Assembly (NCBI GenBank): GCA_016782645.1
Contig: JADHYC010000005.1
Span: forward strand, 1 to 59,796
Direction of reading: 5' to 3'
Length of the DNA: 59,796 nt
Source: Fidelibacterota bacterium
GTDB lineage: Bacteria > Fidelibacterota > UBA2242
Made by a program: the position numbers and the translations under genes. This document shows positions 41,092 to 50,786 of this stretch, piece after piece; position 1 is the stretch's first letter, and each line of letters opens with the position of its first letter. A model generated the notes under the pieces. That model was not told the DNA's origin and did not search any database. It saw only the letters and a program-made list of their open reading frames with translations.

Positions 41092-42476
41092 TGCAACTCA
41101 GTCAATCTCAGGTTCAGCAACTTACTCAAGAACTTCGGTTAACACCTCAACAAATTCTTCAGTCTACAATTCTGCAATTAGCCACATTAGCGCTTGAAGC
41201 AAGGGTTAATCAAGAGCTTGAACAGAATCCGGTACTTGAAGAAGAGGATACTGATACTCAGGATAATCAGGAAGTAACAGAAACAGAATCTGATCCAGAT
41301 GATGATCAGGAAATCGATTGGGAAGATATTTTACCTCAAAATGATGATTACCAGCCAAAACAGGAATTTGATCGGAGCAAAGTGACGTTAAAGCAAATAC
41401 AACAATCACCACGTGGCTTAGTGGATTACCTGCTAGATCAGATGAAGCTCCTGAATTTGAGTGATATCGAAGAGAAGATTGCCCTTGAAATAATTTGGAA
41501 TATTGATGACAGAGGCTATCTGACATTGCCAATAGAGAATGTTGCACATACTTTAAATGTTACTGAAGCAAAGGCTCAGAATTTACTAAAACTGATACAG
41601 CAATTTGATCCGCCAGGAATAAGCGCTCGTGATTTAAGAGAATGTCTTTTAATTCAGTTGGGACAAATGTCTGATGTTGATGATGCTGTTACAATTGTCA
41701 AAGACCATTTTGACGATTTTGCTAATAGACGTTTTCAAAAGATAATGAAAAGATTGGAATGGAATAAAGAGCGTATTCAAGCTGTGCAGGATGTTATTTT
41801 AAAACTAAATCCGAAACCAGGTGCTTCATTAGTTGCTACGGATTCTGGTTATGTCGTTCCCGACCTTGTTGTAGAAAAAGTTGGGGGTAACTTTATAATC
41901 GAGGTGAGTGATAGTCGTGTTCCTGAACTGAGAATCAGTCCGGGATATATTCAGATGATGGTCAAGGGGTCATCTATTACAGCGGAAACCCGGACATACC
42001 TGAAAAAGAAAATAGATATGGCAAAATGGTTTATACAAGCCATTCACCAGAGGCGTGTTACAATGATACGAGTGATGAAGGCAATAATAAATAGACAGAA
42101 AGAATTCTTTGATGGTAATGAAAAAGCGTTAAAACCGATGATTCTTAAAGATATCGCTGAAGATGTTAATATGGATATATCTACAATAAGTCGTGTTACA
42201 AATGGTAAATATGTACAACTAAATTCTGGTGTCTATGAATTGAAATATTTCTTCAACGAGGGCATGAAAGATAACAACGGTGAGGAAGTATCAACTCGTA
42301 TCATAAAAGATAAATTGAAGCAGATTATCACTTTTGAGGATAAACATAAACCTTATAGCGATGATCAATTATCTGTGCTTTTAAAAAAAGCAGGCTATCC
42401 TATCGCAAGGAGAACAGTAGCAAAATATAGAGAGCAAAACAAAATTCCTGTTGCGAGACTGCGAAGGAATATATAA
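41091..42476 (+). CDS. rpoN: RNA polymerase sigma-54 factor
   Basis: Gln-rich region I, STISRV, RpoN box ARRTVAKYRE. Confidence 0.97.
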   Translation: MQLSQSQVQQLTQELRLTPQQILQSTILQLATLALEARVNQELEQNPVLEEEDTDTQDNQEVTETESDPDDDQEIDWEDILPQNDDYQPKQEFDRSKVTLKQIQQSPRGLVDYLLDQMKLLNLSDIEEKIALEIIWNIDDRGYLTLPIENVAHTLNVTEAKAQNLLKLIQQFDPPGISARDLRECLLIQLGQMSDVDDAVTIVKDHFDDFANRRFQKIMKRLEWNKERIQAVQDVILKLNPKPGASLVATDSGYVVPDLVVEKVGGNFIIEVSDSRVPELRISPGYIQMMVKGSSITAETRTYLKKKIDMAKWFIQAIHQRRVTMIRVMKAIINRQKEFFDGNEKALKPMILKDIAEDVNMDISTISRVTNGKYVQLNSGVYELKYFFNEGMKDNNGEEVSTRIIKDKLKQIITFEDKHKPYSDDQLSVLLKKAGYPIARRTVAKYREQNKIPVARLRRNI

Positions 42477-42655
42477 TATAATTTAAACCACGAAGATGCT
42501 AAATCAATTAACAATTTATCAATCCCCGCCTGCTCCCGATGAATCAGGACGGGTAGGGTAGCGAAGCGAAAAATGATTAACAATTATAAATTATCAATTG
42601 TCAATTTTAGATACTATGTATCTCAATGGCTAAAACATAATAATAGGAGGTTTAT

Positions 42656-43642
42656 ATGGCTTGGAAAAAAGTAAAAATTGGCGATAGTGAGTTTGAAATT
42701 TCTTCAACTCATTATTGGTTGGCTATTTTAGGTGCTATTGCACTAATAGTGGTCATTACTCTGCTCATGTCTTTTTATCAGGTGGGCGCAAATGAGCGGG
42801 GTATTGTTTTGAGATTTGGTAGGTATCGCACAACTACCTATCCTGGATTGCGTTGGAAATTACCGTGGGGTGTTGATAAGGTTTATAAGGTGAAAGTTGA
42901 CTATCAGTACAAAGAAGAGTTTGGATTCCGCACACTCAGATCCGGTGTAAAAACTCAGTATTCAAGAAGTCAATATACAGATGAATCATGGATGCTCACT
43001 GGAGACTTGAACATTGCTGATGTTAAGTGGATAGTTCAGTATCGAATTAATGATCCGATTAATTTCCTTTTTAGAGTGCGTGATCAGGGAGGCACAATTC
43101 GTGATGTAGCTGAAGCGGCAATGCGTTTTGTTGTTGGAGATCGGTCTTTCCATGAGGTACTTCAAACTGAGAGAAGAGAGATTGCAGAAGTTATGAAAGA
43201 TTTTATGCAGGAGACCCTTGATAAATATAATATAGGGATTAATATTCAGTTAGTTCAGTTAAAGGATGTACACCCACCAGGACGGGTTCGAGATTCATTC
43301 AACGAGGTTAACCGGGCGAAGCAGGAACAGGAAACTGCTATTAATGAAGCAAGTCAGGTGTATAATAGAGAAATATACCGTGCCGATGGTGAGGCTAAGA
43401 GAGTTGTCCAGGAAGCGCGTGGTTATGGTATTAACAGAACAAACAGAGCTGAAGGTGATGCGAAATTGTTCACTTCCGTATTTAAGGAATATTTGAAAGC
43501 GAAAGATGTTACTCGTCGGAGATTGTATCTTGAAACTCTTGAAGATGTTATGAGTAAAGTAGATAAAAAGTACTTTATTGATAAAGACCTTAAAGGAATT
43601 GTGCCATTTCTTAATCTTACTGGAACGGGGGTGGTAAAATGA
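42656..43642 (+). CDS. hflK: FtsH protease modulator HflK
   Basis: SPFH domain, MLTGDLN, RRRLYLET. Confidence 0.92.
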   Translation: MAWKKVKIGDSEFEISSTHYWLAILGAIALIVVITLLMSFYQVGANERGIVLRFGRYRTTTYPGLRWKLPWGVDKVYKVKVDYQYKEEFGFRTLRSGVKTQYSRSQYTDESWMLTGDLNIADVKWIVQYRINDPINFLFRVRDQGGTIRDVAEAAMRFVVGDRSFHEVLQTERREIAEVMKDFMQETLDKYNIGINIQLVQLKDVHPPGRVRDSFNEVNRAKQEQETAINEASQVYNREIYRADGEAKRVVQEARGYGINRTNRAEGDAKLFTSVFKEYLKAKDVTRRRLYLETLEDVMSKVDKKYFIDKDLKGIVPFLNLTGTGVVK

Positions 43643-44595
43643 AAACAAGAATAATAATAATTGCAATTTTAGTTATAGTTGTTATCGCCTTTATAGCTGA
43701 TGGAATCTATATTTTAAATGAAACTGAACAGTCAATAATTACTCAGTTTGGAGACCCGGTCGGTGAACCTGTTATAAAAGCTGGAATGCACTTTAAAATC
43801 CCATTTATCCAGAAAGTATTTGTATTTGACAAGAGACTTCTGGAGTGGGATGGAGCTCCACAGGAAATTCCTACGAAGGATAATAAGTTCATCCATATAG
43901 ATACTTTTGCCCGCTGGCGGATTTCTAATGCTCTCACTTTTTATAAAAGTCTGAAAAACGAAATGACTGCACACTCGCGCTTAGATGATTTACTTGACGG
44001 TGCTGTCAGAGATGAAGTTGCTAAATATCGTTTGCCGGAAATTATCCGGAGCTCTGACATACAGATGTCAATTCTTGAAGTGGAAGCATTAGGAGTAGAC
44101 TCGTCAAAAATTGACGATCTTTCTGTAAAGGGTGCACGAAAAGATATTGCAGAAAACATTGTTAAACACGTTCAGGATAAATTGAAAGAACTTGACCTTG
44201 GAATAGAAGTTATTGACATGAAGTTCAAAAGAATTGACTATAACCCTGAGGTTCAAGGGAAGGTGTTTGATAGGATGATATCCGGGCAGAAAAGAATTGC
44301 TGAAAAATACAGAGCAATAGGACAGGGTAAAAAACAGGATATTCTTGGAAAACAGGATCAGAGAAAAAAGGAGATTTTGTCGCAGGCTTACCTCGAAGCA
44401 CAGACAATACGTGGTAAAGCCGACGCCAAAGCGATAAAAATATATGCGGATGCTTATAATAAAAGTTATGAGTCAAGAGATTTCTATAATTTTATGCGAA
44501 CGCTGAATGCATATAAGTCTGCGATGGATACCACTACTGTTTTATTGCTAACTACTGATAATGATTTCTTGAAATATCTGAAGTCGCCGAAATAA
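43639..44595 (+). CDS. hflC: FtsH protease modulator HflC
   Basis: IITQFG, FKIPFIQ, VFDRMIS, FYNFMRTL. Confidence 0.92.
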   Translation: MKTRIIIIAILVIVVIAFIADGIYILNETEQSIITQFGDPVGEPVIKAGMHFKIPFIQKVFVFDKRLLEWDGAPQEIPTKDNKFIHIDTFARWRISNALTFYKSLKNEMTAHSRLDDLLDGAVRDEVAKYRLPEIIRSSDIQMSILEVEALGVDSSKIDDLSVKGARKDIAENIVKHVQDKLKELDLGIEVIDMKFKRIDYNPEVQGKVFDRMISGQKRIAEKYRAIGQGKKQDILGKQDQRKKEILSQAYLEAQTIRGKADAKAIKIYADAYNKSYESRDFYNFMRTLNAYKSAMDTTTVLLLTTDNDFLKYLKSPK

Positions 44596-44605
44596 AGACA
44601 AAAAA

Positions 44606-44674
44606 ACCTTGTGTTAAGTCCGTCTGTATTATCTTCATTTTTGGAGGTGTTTTAAGATGGACTTAACACAAGGT
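44606..44674. repeat. Family A inverted-repeat element just after hflC (may act as a terminator)
   Basis: ACCTTGTGTTAAGTCCGTCT / AGATGGACTTAACACAAGGT, 20-bp stem with one G-T pair. Confidence 0.75.
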
Positions 44675-44807
44675 GGATTCATTCGCGATTATTTTTGAGT
44701 TAACTACAAAATTGTTCTGAACATTGCTCAGACCTATATTCAAAATTTAACGAGTGAGATCAAAGTAATTATCAAACAAAAGTAAATAATAGATAAGGGG
44801 CTTTATC

Positions 44808-46483
44808 ATGAAAAAGCTTAGCAAATTTACTTTAGGATTATTTATTTTGTTGGTGAGTACTACTTTTATCTTTGCACAAAACAACGCCCTCGATTTTGAT
44901 GGGACGGGTGGTATCTCTATATGGATAATAATACACTAAAGGCCCAATTGCTTGGAAATTCAAATGATATTACTTTAAGTGCAAGCACTCTCTCAACTAA
45001 TACTTGGTATCATGTTGCGTTTACTTTTAATGGAGTTAATTCAAAACTATATTTGAATGGTATCGAAGAAAATAGTAGCTCTACAGACCCTGGAGATATA
45101 ACAAATGTTCAACATGCGGTAATTGGTGCAAGACAAGATGGTACAGATGGGACTTCTGGGATGGAACATTATTTCAAAGGCATCATTGATGAAGTCCGCA
45201 TCTGAAATGTGGCGCTTCCTGTAGATACCATTCGCAAGTATATGTGTCGAGAGGTTACTTCCAGTCACGGTTATTGGTCTAACCTTAAAGGATACTGGAG
45301 ATTTGACGAAGGAAGCGGACAGACCGCTTACGACCAAACATTGAACAATAACGATGGTACCCTTGGGTCTACTACTGGTTCTGATACAAATGATCCAAGC
45401 TGGGCAACTTCCGGTGCAGCTATTGGGGATGCCAGTGCCAACGATTACTCCTCCCCTTTTAGTGTTAATCTTGCACATTCTGATGGAGATGACATTACCA
45501 TTGATAATCTATCTGGGTCTCCCAGTGGAGTACAAGTCTATCGTGTAAATTCCGCACCTAATGTAACAACCGTACCTTCAGGTTCGGGATGGGATAAACT
45601 TGACCCATTACGATATTGGGGTGTATTTATTATTGGTGGTAGCAGTCCTACCTACACGGTTACCTACGATTATGGCGGTCATCCAGGCATACAAATGGAG
45701 GCTAATTTGAGACTGGCAAAGCGGGACAATGATGCGGATGGCACTTGGGAAGATACTGGTATGATCCCAAGTGGTGGTAAGCTAACCAAGACCGGTGAGT
45801 CAGGAACTGAATACATTCTAGGTACAACTTCCTCTGACAACTCTCTCCCCGTGGAACTCACATCTTTCACTGCCGAGCAAGAAAAAAGAGATGTAGTTTT
45901 AGAATGGACAACAGAAAGCGAGATTGAGAACCTGAGGTTTATTCTGGAAAGGCGAATTTTGAATATCGAACAAGGAATGTCGAATGATGAAGTATGGAAG
46001 GAAATAACCAGTTATTTAACTGATGATAATTTGAAAGGATATGGCAGCACATCTCAGAAAAATGAATATAAATATACAGATAAAGCAGTCATCCCCGGAA
46101 TGACTTATGAGTACCGATTGTCCAATGGCAGTTATAACGGAATTGTAAAAAAGCATGGGACTTGCAAAATATTGGTAAAAACGGTAGAAGAATCAACGAT
46201 TCCTGAGAAGTTCGGATTGACATCGGTATATCCAAATCCGTTCAATCCGATGACGCATATAGCCTTTAGTTTGCATAATGAATCAGAAGTCAGTGTAATG
46301 ATTATGGATTTACTAGGAAGAGAGGTAAGGCAGCTTGTAAATGAAAGGCGACCATCTGGTAATTATACAGAAACCTGGGATGGAACAAACTATGCAGGTA
46401 TAGAGTCACCGAGCGGCATTTATTTTATTGTAATGAGAGCTAATGGATTTTTAAGTTCTCATAAGGTTATATTGTTCAGGTAA
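44808..46483 (+). pseudogene. Disrupted secreted LamG-domain protein with C-terminal FlgD-Ig/T9SS-like sorting domain
   Basis: Signal peptide from ATG 44808 and NNALDFDGT, then a frameshift/deletion near 44910; in-frame TGA at 45203 in DEVRI*NV (canonical DEVRIWN); SLPVELTSF and YPNPFNP near the C-terminus. Confidence 0.8.
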
Positions 46484-46692
46484 AACTTACAAAAATCCGT
46501 TTCTCCAAAGGAGTTCTTTAAACTGGATTTGGCTTAAGCCAAAGAATAAACGTGTTTTATTCCCGTAAAGTCGAACCGTCTGGTTCGACATGCGAATTAG
46601 ACAATTCGCATCTACGCTTCAATCATACAGCTTCATTTCTGTCTGAAAGGCTAAACATGTTTTACCGTTCTCAGAACCCCAATCCGTTATAA

Positions 46693-46762
46693 AAACCTAA
46701 GTCAAGTCCTATAATAGATATTTAGCAATTCCATGAATCAACAATGGACTTAATTCAGGTTT
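46693..46762. repeat. Family A inverted-repeat element
   Basis: AAACCTAAGTCAAGTCC ... GGACTTAATTCAGGTTT. Confidence 0.65.
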
Positions 46763-47190
46763 AACGGGAAATCCAAAGTTCAATAAAATGTAAAGTCAAC
46801 ATTTATTAACACTATATAGCGAGCGAAGTATGCTACTTTAACATTTCGCAGAAAAATGATAAAGCGAATAATTTATTGACAAAATAGAAAATAGTTTCTA
46901 CTTTACAAAACTTAACTGATGTCTTTTATTTGAAAATAAGAAATATAAACACAATTTACATTTCCACCTATTAGTGTGATTTTGGAGATCTCAGTGTGAA
47001 AACATCATTATTTATGATGGTTTATTTGCCTACCCCGGTAGAGATCAAAGCACAACGCTTTAGCATATTGCGACAATAGGATATTTACAATTGAGTCATT
47101 AAGTTATCAACTAGAAATTGAGATTTATGAAGGGATTTAGTTTTTACTAATTAACAATCATAAGTGATATATCAAAAGAGGAAGTAGTAA

Positions 47191-47754
47191 ATGGAAGGCA
47201 AAAAATTTATAAGTCGGCAATTACCAGAGATTCATTCAACTACCGTAATTGGTGTGAAACGGAACGGCAAAGTTGCTATGGGCAGTGATGGACAGGTTAC
47301 TATCAACAATACCATCATGAAACATAAGACGAAAAAGCTTAGAAAATTATATGATGATAAAGTTATGGTTGGTTTTGCAGGTGCTTCCGCCGATGCATTT
47401 ACGCTCTTTGAGAAATTTGAAGGAATGTTGGGAAAATATAAAGGAGATATTCAACGTTCGGCAGTCGAATTAGCTAAACTATGGCGAACGGATAAATATC
47501 TGAGGAGACTGGAAGCGCTCTTGACAGTGATGGATAAAAATATTTTACTGATTATTTCCGGAACCGGTGATATAATAGAGCCCGATGATGATATTGTTGC
47601 TATTGGTTCAGGTGGACCTTATGCAACTGCTGCTGCAAGAGCCCTGGTGAAACACAGCAAACTTTCAGCACGAGAGATTGTCGAAGAGTCTCTTGGGATT
47701 GCATCTGAATTATGTGTTTATACAAATAATAATTTTACAGTGATGGAGCTATGA
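47191..47754 (+). CDS. hslV: ATP-dependent protease subunit HslV
   Basis: HSTTV (N-terminal Thr after the propeptide), [19 protein letters not shown]. Confidence 0.96.
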   Translation: MEGKKFISRQLPEIHSTTVIGVKRNGKVAMGSDGQVTINNTIMKHKTKKLRKLYDDKVMVGFAGASADAFTLFEKFEGMLGKYKGDIQRSAVELAKLWRTDKYLRRLEALLTVMDKNILLIISGTGDIIEPDDDIVAIGSGGPYATAAARALVKHSKLSAREIVEESLGIASELCVYTNNNFTVMEL

Positions 47755-49109
47755 AGCAAAAGGAATTAACACCAAGAGATATTGTCAAGGAACTTGACGC
47801 TTATATAGTTGGTCAGGATAAGGCAAAGAAAGCTGTTGCTATTTCTCTGAGGAATAGATGGCGCAGACAGCATGTTAAAGGAGCAATTAAGGAGGACATA
47901 CTTCCGAATAATATAATCCTTATCGGGCCAACTGGAGTTGGGAAAACAGAGATTGCAAGGCGTTTATCCGGTCTGGCACATGCTCCCTTTTTGAAAGTTG
48001 AAGCCTCTAAATTCACTGAGGTTGGATATGTAGGACGGGATGTAGAGTCAATTATCAGGGATTTGACGAATATATCTGTAAATCTTGTTAAAGCAGAGCG
48101 TATTCAAGAGGTAAAAGATCAGGCGGAAAATATGGCAAATGAACGGATACTCGACCACCTGTTACCGCCTCGTGATTTGTCTAAAACTACAGCTTCCTCA
48201 ATAGAAAAGAGTGGTGAGCAATTTCAAAGAACGCGGGATAAATTAAAAGAAATGCTTAAAAAAGGTGAATTTGAGAATAGAGTTATTGAGATAACGGTTA
48301 AACAGAGTAACATGCCCGTAATGCAAATTTTTGGTCCAGCTGGTATAGAAGAGATGGGGTTTAATATAACTGAAATGCTTAGTGGTGCCTTTCCTAAAAA
48401 GAAAAAAAGTCAAAGGGTTACTGTGGACGAGGCGAGAAAAATATTTACTCAGGAGGAAGCCCAGAAACTCGTAGATATTGATGTGGTTACAAAAGAAGCA
48501 ATACGTCGAGTTGAAGAATCTGGAATTGTTTTTCTTGATGAAATAGATAAAATCGCTTCCGGTAGTAGTGACTCTGGTCGAGGTCCTGATGTTTCCCGTG
48601 AGGGTGTTCAGCGTGATATTTTACCAATTGTTGAAGGTTCTGATGTTCAAACGAGATATGGTGTAGTAAAAACTGACCATATTTTGTTTATTTCAGCAGG
48701 CGCATTTCACATGACCAAACCGTCCGATCTCATTCCGGAGCTTCAGGGCCGTTTTCCTATTAGAGTTGAATTGGACAGTTTGGGGAAAGATGAATTTGTT
48801 AAAATATTAAAGAATCCTCGAAATGCTCTTTTAAAACAGTATACCGCTTTACTGAGGACAGAAAATGTTAAGTTAAAATTTGAGGATGACGCTGTTGAAG
48901 AAATAGCTCAACTTGCTGCTGAAGTAAATGAGAAAATGGAGAATATTGGTGCACGTAGGCTACATACAATACTGACAACTTTGCTCGAAGAAATTCTTTA
49001 TAGAGTTCCTGATAAAAAGATAAATGAGGTTACAATTACTCGAAAGGTTGTTCAAGAGAAATTGTCTGATATTGTTAAAGATAGGGATTTGAGTCGTTAT
49101 ATTTTGTAG
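47751..49109 (+). CDS. hslU: ATP-dependent protease ATPase HslU
   Basis: [38 protein letters not shown]. Confidence 0.97.
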   Translation: MKQKELTPRDIVKELDAYIVGQDKAKKAVAISLRNRWRRQHVKGAIKEDILPNNIILIGPTGVGKTEIARRLSGLAHAPFLKVEASKFTEVGYVGRDVESIIRDLTNISVNLVKAERIQEVKDQAENMANERILDHLLPPRDLSKTTASSIEKSGEQFQRTRDKLKEMLKKGEFENRVIEITVKQSNMPVMQIFGPAGIEEMGFNITEMLSGAFPKKKKSQRVTVDEARKIFTQEEAQKLVDIDVVTKEAIRRVEESGIVFLDEIDKIASGSSDSGRGPDVSREGVQRDILPIVEGSDVQTRYGVVKTDHILFISAGAFHMTKPSDLIPELQGRFPIRVELDSLGKDEFVKILKNPRNALLKQYTALLRTENVKLKFEDDAVEEIAQLAAEVNEKMENIGARRLHTILTTLLEEILYRVPDKKINEVTITRKVVQEKLSDIVKDRDLSRYIL

Positions 49110-49329
49110 TAGAAGTTATTTTGCCACTAAGACACTTCCGAAGGAATCCCTTGCAGGATAAGTCACAAAGATAATTTTTAATAAAGAGTTTAGACAAATA
49201 GAAAAAGATGCCTGTATTTTGACATAATGAAAAGGCTTTCAGAACTTTTTTTATTATAACTTTTTATCTTTAATGTATATTCATAAGTCATATCGTTTAA
49301 ACTTGTAGAAAAATTGAACAGGAGACGAG

Positions 49330-50244
49330 ATGAAAAGAGATTTCTTACATATTACAGATTTTTCTACTGAGGAGATTAGGGATACCTTTGAGCTTGCAGC
49401 AAAAGTGAAAAGGTATGTGAAAGAAGGAAAAGAGGATCTTCCACTTAAGGGAAAAACAATGGCAATGATTTTTGCCAAGCCCTCAGCAAGAACACGTGTT
49501 TCATTTGAAACCGGTATGACACAATTGGGTGGACATGCAATTTTTCTCGGACCGAATGACATCGGGATCGGAAAACGTGAAGCGATAAAAGATATTGCCC
49601 GTGTTATTTCAAGGTATGATGATATAATCATGGCACGTCTTTTTGACCATGCTCATATTTTAAAACTTGCTGAATATTCATCTGTGCCTGTAATAAACGG
49701 CTTGACAGATCTCAATCATCCATGTCAGGTAATGGCTGATATTTTTACAATTTTAGAGAATAAAGGAAGCCTGAATAACCTTAAGGTTGCTTTCGTGGGT
49801 GATAGTAATAATGTTGCAAATTCCTGGATAAATTTAGCTGCTCGGTTGCCTATGCACTTTGTGTTGGCTTCGCCATGTGGTTATGAGCCAGATCCTGAGA
49901 TACTGGCAAATGCTAGAAATACAGGGTTGAGTACTGTCGAAATAGTTCGTAATCCGGTAGAAGCGGTTAAGAACGCAGATGTAATTTATACCGATGTCTG
50001 GGCAAGTATGGGACAAGAGGCGGAAAAAGAAAAGAGGAAGAGGGATTTTATGCCTTTTCAGGTAAATGCTGAACTAATGAGTCATGCTAAGCCCGGTGTA
50101 AAGGTTATGCACTGTCTTCCTGTGCATCGAGGTGATGAAATAACCGATGAAGTGATAGACAGTCCAAATTCTATAGTTTTTGATGAAGCAGAGAATCGAA
50201 TGCATGTCCAGAAAGCTATAATTCTTAAACTGATGGTTGGATAA
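49330..50244 (+). CDS. argF: Ornithine carbamoyltransferase
   Basis: KPSARTR, HPCQ, YTDVWASMG, HCLP, ENRMH. Confidence 0.93.
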   Translation: MKRDFLHITDFSTEEIRDTFELAAKVKRYVKEGKEDLPLKGKTMAMIFAKPSARTRVSFETGMTQLGGHAIFLGPNDIGIGKREAIKDIARVISRYDDIIMARLFDHAHILKLAEYSSVPVINGLTDLNHPCQVMADIFTILENKGSLNNLKVAFVGDSNNVANSWINLAARLPMHFVLASPCGYEPDPEILANARNTGLSTVEIVRNPVEAVKNADVIYTDVWASMGQEAEKEKRKRDFMPFQVNAELMSHAKPGVKVMHCLPVHRGDEITDEVIDSPNSIVFDEAENRMHVQKAIILKLMVG

Positions 50245-50250
50245 CATATT

Positions 50251-50274
50251 AACCTTCCGTCGGAAGGTTTTTTT
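50251..50274 (+). terminator. Rho-independent terminator after argF
   Basis: AACCTTCC-GTC-GGAAGGTT hairpin followed by a T run. Confidence 0.7.
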
Positions 50275-50786
50275 GGCACAACTGGAACCCAAAGTTCCGT
50301 TATAAGATTACTTTTAATTATCAGTTCCGTCATGAGCTTACTCATGACGGGTTCATTCTCATCTTCTAAGAGTGAGCTCTAAGCAGATCTAACAGATGGA
50401 AGTTTTTTAAGGTTAAGAGAGGTAAAAAGCGTAACAATCCCATTTTATTCTCACTTGCCTGTTCTTTCCACATGGCAGGTAAAAAATCCAGTGAACCCTA
50501 AATGATGTAAATAATATTTGTGTTTTAGTCTGAGTATTACTTCATTTTACAAATATTAAGTTAGAAGTGGAAAAATGCTATAAAATTTGTCCATCTATTT
50601 TTAGAATCTATGGGAGGGAAGACATTTACTATCCAGCGCAATGATTTTTTCACTATTGATTTTGATATTAGCAAAATTCCTCTTGAATTTTATGAGTGAT
50701 CTTATTCAACAATTTTAATATATATGACAATGTTTCATGTATAGATGAATGATTCATACATATATTAGGGCTTCACTTATTTTTGT

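Noticed and set aside
45203-45205. TGA at a conserved Trp position (also at 12142), suggesting TGA=Trp recoding
   Set aside because: Intact genes such as folE, cca, kdsB and kdsA end in TGA and use TGG for Trp. Both affected genes also have frameshifts, and one has a TAG at a Trp site, so ordinary pseudogenisation fits better.
47090-47111. HAIR/HspR-like operator (TTGAGT...TATCAA) upstream of hslVU
   Set aside because: The spacing is one base off the CTTGAGT-N7-ACTCAAG consensus and the right half-site is poor; there is no CIRCE match either.
49330-50244. SARTR instead of STRTR in the carbamoyltransferase, suggesting a different substrate
   Set aside because: The ornithine-binding SMG and HCLP motifs are intact and this position is known to vary among ornithine carbamoyltransferases.
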